From positions 1 to 40,957 of IMG/VR virus record IMGVR_UViG_3300032320_000902: a stretch of DNA of 40,957 nt; one strand, given 5' to 3'. Positions within the stretch are counted from its first letter, which is position 1, and each line of letters begins with the position of its first letter. The stretch is from a virus. Its lineage: Duplodnaviria > Caudoviricetes. Positions 1 through 8,282 of this stretch are shown here, piece by piece. Below the pieces are notes generated by a model, which saw only the letters and a list, made by a program, of their open reading frames with translations, was not told the DNA's origin and made no database searches. Both the position numbers and the translations under genes were made by a program.

Positions 1-14
1 CAACTAAGGTCAGG

Positions 15-40
15 CCCCGGTGCGACCCACCGGGGTATTT
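15..40 (+). terminator. GC hairpin CCCCGGTG-cgacc-CACCGGGG followed by TATTT; weak terminator or RBS-occluding hairpin
   Basis: 8-bp perfect inverted repeat at 15-35, just after a TAA (5-7) and just before the ATG at 43; the U-tract is short. Confidence 0.45.
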
Positions 41-42
41 CA

Positions 43-483
43 ATGCTGTTCTGCGCTATCTGCCGTGGAGAGTTTCTTCGAGAAAACCTGACCGTTCACG
101 GGCGCAAAGATTATTTTCTCTGTAGCAAGTGTAAGTCAGACGTAAACCGTCTTGACCGTTTTGGATTGTCCCCGTCAGATTATGACTTCCTGTTGAAACT
201 TCAGGGGTATAATTGCGCTATCTGTCACAAACCCCTCAAGCTCAAGCAGTACAAGTTTGCGGTAGATCATTGTCACGACTCAGACGATGTTCGTGGGATT
301 TTGTGTGTGCGATGTAACACGGCGCTAGGTAGCTTTGATGATGACCCGGACATGATCCTGCGGGCCGCAGAATACTTGAACAACCCGCCAGCCTTGGGTA
401 AAGTAAAGAAACATGACGGGCGCAAAAAGGTGACGTTCCTGCGTGACGAGTACATAAGGATGCACGGCGATGGAAATAGTTGA
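43..483 (+). CDS. Endonuclease VII-family (His-Me finger) nuclease, probably a free-standing homing endonuclease
   Basis: CAIC...VDHCH...VRGILCVRCNTALG is the EndoVII signature; extra N-terminal CxxC...CxxC zinc finger. Confidence 0.88.
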   Translation: MLFCAICRGEFLRENLTVHGRKDYFLCSKCKSDVNRLDRFGLSPSDYDFLLKLQGYNCAICHKPLKLKQYKFAVDHCHDSDDVRGILCVRCNTALGSFDDDPDMILRAAEYLNNPPALGKVKKHDGRKKVTFLRDEYIRMHGDGNS

Positions 484-631
484 ACTCTTCCTGAAAGCAT
501 GGCCGGTGCTCCTTGGTATCGTCACGCTGATCATCGTTTTGTCCAAACTCGACTTGCGAGTGGCGGTGCTTGAGGAAAAAGTCAAAAGCGCCTTTGAGAT
601 CATCAATAAGATGAAGGACAAAAATGGCTGA
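470..631 (+). CDS. 53-aa single-TM membrane protein (possible holin, antiholin or lysis accessory); not in ORF track
   Basis: MEIVELFLKAWPVLLGIVTLIIVLSKLDLRVAVLEEKVKSAFEIINKMKDKNG; AAGGA upstream; overlaps both neighbouring genes; directly precedes the endolysin. Confidence 0.7.
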   Translation: MEIVELFLKAWPVLLGIVTLIIVLSKLDLRVAVLEEKVKSAFEIINKMKDKNG

Positions 632-1133
632 CTTTAATCCCGCCTTTGAAAAGATGATCCACGATGAAGGTGGATACCAACTAACCGATATTCCCGGTGA
701 CCGGGGAGGACAAACGTATGCAGGCATCGCAAGAAAACCAAACCCGGACTGGGCGGGGTGGCAATACATCGACCGTAAAGACTTTGGGTCAGCTACGCCT
801 TTGGTCCGCGAATTCTATAAATCTCATTTTTGGGATCGTGTCCGAGGTGACGACCTTACGAACCAAGCTATCGCGGAAACAATCTTCAACTTCTCCGTCA
901 ACACCGGTGTTAGCGTCGCAGCCAAGCTCGCCCAACTCATCGTTGGCGTCACTCCAGACGGCGCAATCGGCGCAAAAACCGTCGAGCGTTTAAACATTTG
1001 TACGCCAGAAAAGTTCCTGCCAGCCTATGCGTTAGCAAAGATAAGCCGTTATGTGCAGATCTGTATGAAGGATCGTTCGCAGTCTAAATTTTTGCTTGGA
1101 TGGTGCCGAAGGACATTGGAGGGGCTGAAGTAA
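624..1133 (+). CDS. Endolysin, glycoside hydrolase family 108 with C-terminal peptidoglycan-binding domain
   Basis: EGGY...DRGGQTYAGI catalytic motif; DGAIGAKT; C-terminal KFLLGWCRR. Confidence 0.9.
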   Translation: MADFNPAFEKMIHDEGGYQLTDIPGDRGGQTYAGIARKPNPDWAGWQYIDRKDFGSATPLVREFYKSHFWDRVRGDDLTNQAIAETIFNFSVNTGVSVAAKLAQLIVGVTPDGAIGAKTVERLNICTPEKFLPAYALAKISRYVQICMKDRSQSKFLLGWCRRTLEGLK

Positions 1134-1570
1134 TGGATCTGATTGGTATAGGAAGCATCATTGAAGGCGTTGGGAAAGTTGCGGATTCGTTGGTCACGAC
1201 CGACAAGGAGCGCATGGAGATGGCGTTGGAAGAGCGCAAGCTCGACCTTGAGGAAAAAAGGATTGATCAGGCCACTGACCTCGCCCAAGTGGATATCAAT
1301 AAAATCGAAGCGGCGTCTTCTAGCGTATTTGTCAGTGGGTGGCGCCCTGCTGTGGGGTGGGTGGGCGTTCTTGGGTTGGCTTACCAATTTTTGGGTTATC
1401 CCCTGATGCAATGGTTGTGGGCTTTTGGTCAAGGCTATGACATAATTCCTAAAGGCTTGAACCCTCCCCCGGACCTTGACGTTGAGCAGTTGATGACGCT
1501 GCTGGCCGGGCTGCTTGGGTTTGGTGGGATGCGTAGCTTTGAGAAGCACAAGGGTGTAGCGAGCAAGTAA
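1133..1570 (+). CDS. Holin, 3TM gene-transfer-agent-type family
   Basis: INKIEAASSSVFVSGWRPAVGW and LLGFGGMRSFEK motifs; TAATG overlap with endolysin places the start at 1133. Confidence 0.85.
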   Translation: MDLIGIGSIIEGVGKVADSLVTTDKERMEMALEERKLDLEEKRIDQATDLAQVDINKIEAASSSVFVSGWRPAVGWVGVLGLAYQFLGYPLMQWLWAFGQGYDIIPKGLNPPPDLDVEQLMTLLAGLLGFGGMRSFEKHKGVASK

Positions 1571-1589
1571 TGCGGTGCGCAAACACATA

Positions 1590-2309
1590 TCAACCGGCTT
1601 TTTTTGCGGCCCAGTACCGCTTCATTGCTTCCGATTGTCTTGCCCTTTGTTCTGGCGTTCTTAGGGTTGCTGCTCGTTTGGCGGCAATTGTGGGGTCTGT
1701 ATTTAGTGTCTTGTGGAAATCTCGCATTGGGTTGTTTGGATCAAGGAGCGCTTCTCGGCGGCGTTGTTTTTCCTCTGCCGTGTGGATGGGGCGTCCAATC
1801 TTCTCCGCAATCCGCGCATCTCTGTATGCCGAATCCGCCCATTTAGCTTTTAGTTTTTCACGAACTTCCGGTTTTTTTGCTGGGTTTGCCTCTCCTAAAA
1901 ATTGCACGCTGATCTCTGGGGAACGCATTCGTTTGGATATTTTGGCTCTAGCTTCTGGGCTGTGTGCAGGGTGTTTTGGGTCCAACATTGCTTGGCGCAA
2001 TTTTTCTCGATGCTCTGGGGTAGGAGAATGAGTTCCATCCCCTCCACAAGTCAAATTGGTCAACGGCCCTGTTCCGGTTTGAACTCGTCCTATTTCAGCA
2101 ATCAGTCGGCATTCCAGAGCAGTTCCTTCTCCTATAGATTCTACGGGACGAAGCTCAATAATTACGTGCTCAGCGCCAATTTCGGCCAGTTTTTGTTTAC
2201 AAAACCAGTTTCGACCTCCGCTGTTAAGCGGATTAGATCGCCGTTTGTTTTTGGTAAACCCAACATAGAATGGCATACCGCTAGTGTCTTTCCAGATGTA
2301 GACGTACAT
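1590..2309 (-). CDS. GIY-YIG homing endonuclease with basic NUMOD3-like DNA-binding repeats
   Basis: YVYIW...FYVG...R, E, LTNLTCGGDG; HSPEARAKIS and HTAEEK repeats; AAGGAG SD; antisense to the late operon. Confidence 0.85.
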   Translation of the reverse strand: MYVYIWKDTSGMPFYVGFTKNKRRSNPLNSGGRNWFCKQKLAEIGAEHVIIELRPVESIGEGTALECRLIAEIGRVQTGTGPLTNLTCGGDGTHSPTPEHREKLRQAMLDPKHPAHSPEARAKISKRMRSPEISVQFLGEANPAKKPEVREKLKAKWADSAYRDARIAEKIGRPIHTAEEKQRRREALLDPNNPMRDFHKTLNTDPTIAAKRAATLRTPEQRARQSEAMKRYWAAKKAG

Positions 2310-2339
2310 GGTGTTCTCCTTATTAACAGCTATCTGGAG

Positions 2340-2348
2340 AGTGTACCA
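2340..2348 (-). promoter_or_regulatory. Extended -10 promoter (TGgTACACT) for the GIY-YIG gene
   Basis: TGnTAnnnT match about 30 nt upstream of the GIY-YIG start, overlapping the RBS and ATG of the tail gene. Confidence 0.5.
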
Positions 2349-4459
2349 TGCCGTTGAAAAAGTTGCTGATGCGCCCCGGAGTTAACAGGGAAAACACGCG
2401 GTACACCAACGAGGGCGGTTATTACGAGTCGGAAAAAATCCGCTTCCGTCAAGGCACGCCTGAGAAAATTGGTGGCTGGTTGCAAATTTCGGCTAGTACA
2501 TTCCTTGGTATCTGTCGTTCGCTCTGGTCTTGGGTGACGCTCGGCGCACAGAACTTGATGGGTGTTGGTACAAACTTGAAGTTCTATATCCAGAACGGCG
2601 GGGCATACTACGACATCACTCCAATCCGTAAGACCAGCACGCTGACCAATCCGTTTGCTACGGATACCGCTACCAACTCTGGCGGCAACACGACGGTGAC
2701 AATCACAGACGCCAATCATGGCGCCACAAATGGCAGTTACATAACGATTTATTACTCTGGCGCTGTTCCCACAGTGGGAGGCGTAACTGTTCCGGTTGGC
2801 GAGTACGTAATTACATACCTGACGGCTAACACATACAGCATCACGGTTGCTGGTACAGCGTCTTCTAGCACAACAGGTGGCGGCACCGTTTACGTTTCAT
2901 ACCAAACTAACGTAGGGCCAGAGTACGCTGTCCCACTTGTAGGCTGGGGTGCTGGCGCATGGAGTGCTGGTACGTGGGGTAATGGCGGAACTTCCACGGT
3001 TGCTTTGCAGCTTTGGAACCAGATGAACTATGGGCAGAACCTGCTATATGGCCCCCGTGGATCTCCGCTTTACTACTGGGACGCTAACACCGGGTATCAA
3101 AATACGTCTTTTACTGTGACGATAGCCAGCCCAGCGGTGTTGACGCTTGCATATTCTTTAGCTAACGGCACGGCTATTACGCTGAATACTACCGGATACT
3201 TGCCAACAGGGTTGGTGCCGGGGACGGTCTACTACGTAATTAACTCAAGTGGGTTTACCTGCAACCTGTCTGCTACGTACGGCGGCGGGGCAATTACTAC
3301 GACAGGCACACAGTCTGGTACACACAGCGTCTCCGCACGGGGATATCCACTAGCGAGCGTGGGTGGGTCTGACGGTTACGCCCCGTTGTATCAAAATACG
3401 TTTACGGTGTCAGACGCTAGCCGGTTCACGATTGTGTTTGGCACCAATGACTACGGCAGCACTATCCTTGATCCCATGCTTATCCGGTGGTCAGACCAAG
3501 AATCTCTGACTACTTGGTTCCCTGCTATTACTAATCAAGCAGGTAGTTTGCGGTTGTCGCACGGCTCCAAAATCGTGACGACTATGCAGAGTCGGCAAGA
3601 GATTGTAGTGCTGACCGATTCGTCTGTGTATTCCTTGCAGTATCTTGGCCCGCCGGTAGTGTGGGGATCGCAGCTTCTGGGCGATAACATCTCAATCGCT
3701 GGGCCAAACGCTACGGCAATCGCATCCAACGTCATGTATTGGATGGGCGTAGATAAGTTCTATATGTACGACGGTCGCGTGCAGACTCTCAGTTGTGATC
3801 TGCGCCAGTACGTGTTTGAAGATATAAACAAGAGCCAGCTTGACCAAGTGTTTGCCAGCACAAACGAAGGTTTCAACGAAGTTTGGTGGTTCTACTGCTC
3901 ACTGAACAGCACTGTTGTAGATAGGTATGTTGTATACAACTACTTGGAGAAGATTTGGTATTACGGCACGATGGGGCGTACGGCATGGATCGACAGCGGA
4001 TTGAATGATTACCCAATTGCTGCTACGTACTCCCGCAATCTTGTCTGGCATGAGAACGGTGTAAACGACTGCACGGATTCGGTTACTGGGTTGCCAATTG
4101 AGTCGTACATTTTGTCATCTGAATTTGATATTGATGATGGGCACAATTTTGGGTTTGTGTGGCGGATGATCCCAGACATGAAATTTGTTGGGTCTACAGC
4201 CGCATCACCCCAAGTCACCATGACGCTGTACCCCATGCAGAACTCAGGATCTGGGTATAACAGTCCGTTGTCCGAGGGCGGCAACGCTTACGCTACGGTT
4301 ACGCGCACATCCACATACCCAATCGAGCAGTTTACTGGGCAGATCTACACCCGCGTGCGTGGGCGCCAAATGGCCTTCAAGATTGAAGGAAACCAGCTTG
4401 GTCTTCAGTGGCAGCTTGGCTCGCCACGAATTGACATCCGGCATGACGGTCGCAGATGA
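2348..4459 (+). CDS. Tail hub/nozzle protein (P22 gp10 / packaged-DNA-stabilisation-like) with inserted beta-rich domains
   Basis: IRWSDQE, YWMGVDKFYMYDG, EVWWFY, YNYLEKIWYYG propeller-like motifs; Thr/Gly-rich inserts; position before the ejection genes. Confidence 0.7.
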   Translation: MPLKKLLMRPGVNRENTRYTNEGGYYESEKIRFRQGTPEKIGGWLQISASTFLGICRSLWSWVTLGAQNLMGVGTNLKFYIQNGGAYYDITPIRKTSTLTNPFATDTATNSGGNTTVTITDANHGATNGSYITIYYSGAVPTVGGVTVPVGEYVITYLTANTYSITVAGTASSSTTGGGTVYVSYQTNVGPEYAVPLVGWGAGAWSAGTWGNGGTSTVALQLWNQMNYGQNLLYGPRGSPLYYWDANTGYQNTSFTVTIASPAVLTLAYSLANGTAITLNTTGYLPTGLVPGTVYYVINSSGFTCNLSATYGGGAITTTGTQSGTHSVSARGYPLASVGGSDGYAPLYQNTFTVSDASRFTIVFGTNDYGSTILDPMLIRWSDQESLTTWFPAITNQAGSLRLSHGSKIVTTMQSRQEIVVLTDSSVYSLQYLGPPVVWGSQLLGDNISIAGPNATAIASNVMYWMGVDKFYMYDGRVQTLSCDLRQYVFEDINKSQLDQVFASTNEGFNEVWWFYCSLNSTVVDRYVVYNYLEKIWYYGTMGRTAWIDSGLNDYPIAATYSRNLVWHENGVNDCTDSVTGLPIESYILSSEFDIDDGHNFGFVWRMIPDMKFVGSTAASPQVTMTLYPMQNSGSGYNSPLSEGGNAYATVTRTSTYPIEQFTGQIYTRVRGRQMAFKIEGNQLGLQWQLGSPRIDIRHDGRR

Positions 4460-4749
4460 GTAATATCGTAGCCCCGCGCCTACCCAACTCAACGGTTGAG
4501 TACGACCAAAACTATATTAACGAGCTTACCAACATCTTACGGTTGTACTTCAACCAAGTTGATAGCGCGGTTAATCGACCAAGTACTCCCTTAACTGTAG
4601 CCCAGTTATCAAGCGCGGTTGTATCTGGTGTAGGCGCTAGGGGGTTTGTTATTGACTCTTCTGTGTCTACATTTGGCTCCACTGTAGCTGGTGGCGGGTC
4701 AACTAAAGTGCCTGTATATTCAGACGGCACGAATTGGAAAGTTGGATAA
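4456..4749 (+). CDS. Small virion protein (tail needle/plug-like)
   Basis: PRLP...EYDQNY..LRLYFNQVD N-terminus and VPVYSDGTNWKVG C-terminus typical of fibre tips; ATGA overlap. Confidence 0.55.
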   Translation: MSNIVAPRLPNSTVEYDQNYINELTNILRLYFNQVDSAVNRPSTPLTVAQLSSAVVSGVGARGFVIDSSVSTFGSTVAGGGSTKVPVYSDGTNWKVG

Positions 4750-4751
4750 TC

Positions 4752-5915
4752 ATGAGCCTACATAATCTTGCCCAACACATGGCTGGCTATGGTCGCAACG
4801 GCGACTCGATGCTGATGCACGTAACGCCAGATGAAGTACACGGACTTCAACGCTTGGCTATGGCACAAGGCGGCTCGCTGACAATTAACCCGCACACGGG
4901 TCTACCGGAAGCGAACATCTTCAGTCAGGCATGGAAAGCTATTAAACCTGTGGCAGCACCGCTAGCTGGACTTGCGCTTAATTACTTCGTGCCCGGACTC
5001 GGCGCCATGATGGGGGGCATATCTAATGCGGCTGCGGCAGGTTTACTAACTGGTGGTGTTGGCGCTCTAGCTACCGGCAGTTTGTCGAAAGGGCTTATGG
5101 CCGGTCTGGGTGCGTATGGTGGGGCGAGTCTTGGCGGCACGCTTAGCGGTTTGGGTGAAACTGCGGCAACAAACGCAGCACAGAATATGGGTTACGCTTC
5201 AGGCGTTGGAGAGCTAGGACTTGCGCCAGCAGAGGCGGCGCAGTTTGCCGCTGAAACAGGGCGGTCAGCCGCCGCCAACATGACACCCTTTGAAAAAATA
5301 AGCGGTGGGCTTTCTTCAGCAGTAAGCGATCCTAAAGCTGCACTATCCGCACTTGGTGGTGGTAGCACTATGGCAGGCGCAGGTAAGCTAGCCGCGTTGG
5401 GACTCCCAATCATGGCGGGCATTCAAGCAAACCAGACGACCAAGATGCCAACGCTAGGCGATGCATCACCTCAAGCCATGATTCGCCCGATCATTCTCAA
5501 CCGCCGGCAAAACCCAACGCCCTATACGGGCATGGGGGAAGCGCGGTACTTTAATGATACATACGATGTGCCCGAGCCATACAAAGCTGCGACAGGTGGC
5601 GTTGTGGCTTTTAACCAAGGCGGGCTTGGGACGCTGGGTGGTTACTCTGATGGTGGGCGCTTGCTTCGCGGCCCCGGTGATGGCGTATCCGACAATATCC
5701 CTGCAATGATTGGCGATCGTCAACCTGCGCGGCTAGCCGATGGTGAGTTTGTGGTTCCGGCGCGCATCGTATCTGAGATTGGCAATGGATCGACCGAGGC
5801 AGGTGCGCGTAAACTGTACGCAATGATGGACCGTGTTCAGAAGGCGCGGCGCAAGACTGTAGGGCACGACCGTGTAGCTACCGACACAAACGCAGAACGT
5901 CTGCTGCCCGCATAA
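4752..5915 (+). CDS. Internal virion / DNA ejection protein 1 (Gly/Ala-rich, hydrophobic segments)
   Basis: GRNGDSMLMH...LTINPHTGLPEA N-terminus; GPGDGVSDNIPA...LADGEFVVPA C-terminus; start placed at ATG 4752, just after the upstream stop. Confidence 0.6.
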   Translation: MSLHNLAQHMAGYGRNGDSMLMHVTPDEVHGLQRLAMAQGGSLTINPHTGLPEANIFSQAWKAIKPVAAPLAGLALNYFVPGLGAMMGGISNAAAAGLLTGGVGALATGSLSKGLMAGLGAYGGASLGGTLSGLGETAATNAAQNMGYASGVGELGLAPAEAAQFAAETGRSAAANMTPFEKISGGLSSAVSDPKAALSALGGGSTMAGAGKLAALGLPIMAGIQANQTTKMPTLGDASPQAMIRPIILNRRQNPTPYTGMGEARYFNDTYDVPEPYKAATGGVVAFNQGGLGTLGGYSDGGRLLRGPGDGVSDNIPAMIGDRQPARLADGEFVVPARIVSEIGNGSTEAGARKLYAMMDRVQKARRKTVGHDRVATDTNAERLLPA

Positions 5916-5924
5916 GGAATAGTC

Positions 5925-8273
5925 ATGGCAGATCCACAACAGATTATCCAGTCACAGACTTCAATCCCCGACTACGCGCGTGCGCAGGTCGAGCGCATGC
6001 TCGGGGCTACCGAAGGGGCGGTCTATGACTACAAGCGTGATGCCAATGGTCAGCTAGTTCTTGACTCTAATGGTCAGCCGCAGGTATCTGGGCTTAAACC
6101 GTATCAACAATACCAAGGCCAGCGGATTGCGGGGCCGGACGTACTTAGCCAGCAAGCGTACAACACGATCCAGAACATGGGCCTTGGGGCTGAAGCGGGT
6201 AACTCGCTTCAGAACATGTACAACATGGCTGCGCAAGCAGGCACATCCACGTACAACCCAACCGCATACGGCAACCAGTACAGCGCTCCAGCCGCGTATC
6301 AGCCGGGGCAGTTTAACTACCAGTCGGTGGGTCCACAGAGCGCGCAGTACTTCCAGATGGAGCAGCCTACGGATGTGCGGGGTTCTACTGCAAGAGCGGC
6401 AACTCTTAGTGCCGCACCAAAGGCTGTGGCTGAGAGGATGCAGGCAGCACAGCTTGGTGCTGCACCAACGGCTACTGCTGCGCAGGGTGTTGCTACTTTG
6501 CTCGGGCAATCGCCAGAGATGCAGGCTGCGCAAGCTGCACGGACTCAGCTTGGTCAGGTGCCTACTTATACAGGGCAGCAACTTAACTACACACCGCAGA
6601 GTATTGGGTTTGAGCGCGCTGGCGCTGAGCGAGTTAGCGCACTGCCGCTTGAACGCTTGCAGATGCAAGCAGCTAAAGATGTTGGGACAAGCTCGTTTAC
6701 CCAACCCGGAGCCGCATCCCAGTACATGTCCCCATACATGCAAAGCGTGGTGGACATTCAGCAGCGTGAAGCTCAACGTCAAGCAGACATTGCCGGAACT
6801 AAACGCGGTGCCCAGTTTGCGCAAGCCGGGGCTTTTGGTGGTGGTCGGCAAGCAATTGAGAACGCTGAAGCTGCACGCAATCTGGCTACGCAGAAAGGCG
6901 ACATCCAAGCGCAGGGGTTGCAGTCAGCATTTCAGTCTGCGCAGGGGCAGTTTAATACTGAACAACAGGCTGCGCTTCAAGCGGCATTGGCTAACCAGCA
7001 GGTTCAGCAGCAGACTGGCGTACAGAATCTAAGCGCGTTGCTTCAGACTCAAGGTCTTGGTGCACAGACTGGGCTGCAAGCACAGACTGCCAATCAACAG
7101 ACCGGACTTCAAACTTTGCTTGCCAATCAAGCAGCGGGTATTGATACCAGCAAGTTCAACCAAACGCAGCAGTACAACACGGCATTGCAGAACGCGCAGA
7201 TGTTGCAGCAGCAACAGCTTGCCAACCAGTCATTGCAGGGACAGTACGGGTTAACGCAGGGTCAGATGGATCAGGCGTTAGCGTTGCAGAACGCCCAGCT
7301 TCAACAGCAAGCCGCAGCAAACAACCAGCAATACGCTGCTCAGTACGGTCTGAAGCAGGGCGATCTTAGCCAGCAGATGTCTATGGCTAATCTGTCAAAC
7401 CAACAGCAGACAGCTTTGGCTAACCAAGCGTTGCAGGGTCAGTATGGTCTGACTCAAGCGCAGATGCAGCAAGCTGCGAATGCTGCTAATCAACAAGCCG
7501 GTAACCAGATTGCTCTGGCAAATCAGGCACTGCAAGGTCAGTACGGATTGACCCAAGGACAGTTCGGGCAAGCGGCTAATTTGCAGAATGCACAGCTTCA
7601 ACAGCAAGCTAACCTTGCTAATCAGCAGGCTGGGCTGACCACTGGACAACAGAATCTTGCAGCTAATCTGGGTGTGCAACAGTTGTACAACCAGCAGGCT
7701 TTGCAGGCGCAGTTGGCAAACCAGCAAGCAGGTCTTACTACGCAGCAGCAACAAGAGCTAGCCAATCAGTACGGCTATGGTCAGAACATGGCTGCGGCTG
7801 CTAACGCCGCACAGTATGGTCAAGCAGCAAACCAGTTGCAAGAACAAGCTAATCAGTATGGTGCTGGGTATGGGCTGCAAGCTCTCAACGCTGGCATGCA
7901 GGGCATGCAGAACTACGGCAACTTGAGCGGGTTGTATAACCAGCAAGCCATGAATATTGCCAACGCGCAGAACCAGATGGGCGTACAGGCGCAGAACTAC
8001 AACCAGCAGCAGCTAACGCAGAATTACAACGACTTCACCAACCAGCAGAACTTCCCATTCCAACAGATTGGGCAGATATCGAACGTGTTGCGTGGTGTGC
8101 CGTTGACTCAGCAGACGCAGGCTGTGTATCAGCAAGCACCAAGTCTGGCTTCGCAAGCGGCTGGTTTTGGTACGGCTGCGGTTGGTGCGGCTAACTTATT
8201 TGCTAAAGCGGAAGGCGGTATGATTCGTCAGCCGCGTGGATTGTCTTCCCTCATTCTTGCCAGAATGCACTAA
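5925..8273 (+). CDS. Internal virion / DNA ejection protein 2 (Gln/Ala/Asn-rich repeats)
   Basis: QYMSPYMQSV, AGAFGGGRQAI; many ANQQ and QGQYGLTQ repeats; AAGGA SD. Confidence 0.6.
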   Translation: MADPQQIIQSQTSIPDYARAQVERMLGATEGAVYDYKRDANGQLVLDSNGQPQVSGLKPYQQYQGQRIAGPDVLSQQAYNTIQNMGLGAEAGNSLQNMYNMAAQAGTSTYNPTAYGNQYSAPAAYQPGQFNYQSVGPQSAQYFQMEQPTDVRGSTARAATLSAAPKAVAERMQAAQLGAAPTATAAQGVATLLGQSPEMQAAQAARTQLGQVPTYTGQQLNYTPQSIGFERAGAERVSALPLERLQMQAAKDVGTSSFTQPGAASQYMSPYMQSVVDIQQREAQRQADIAGTKRGAQFAQAGAFGGGRQAIENAEAARNLATQKGDIQAQGLQSAFQSAQGQFNTEQQAALQAALANQQVQQQTGVQNLSALLQTQGLGAQTGLQAQTANQQTGLQTLLANQAAGIDTSKFNQTQQYNTALQNAQMLQQQQLANQSLQGQYGLTQGQMDQALALQNAQLQQQAAANNQQYAAQYGLKQGDLSQQMSMANLSNQQQTALANQALQGQYGLTQAQMQQAANAANQQAGNQIALANQALQGQYGLTQGQFGQAANLQNAQLQQQANLANQQAGLTTGQQNLAANLGVQQLYNQQALQAQLANQQAGLTTQQQQELANQYGYGQNMAAAANAAQYGQAANQLQEQANQYGAGYGLQALNAGMQGMQNYGNLSGLYNQQAMNIANAQNQMGVQAQNYNQQQLTQNYNDFTNQQNFPFQQIGQISNVLRGVPLTQQTQAVYQQAPSLASQAAGFGTAAVGAANLFAKAEGGMIRQPRGLSSLILARMH

Positions 8274-8282
8274 GGTACTGTC

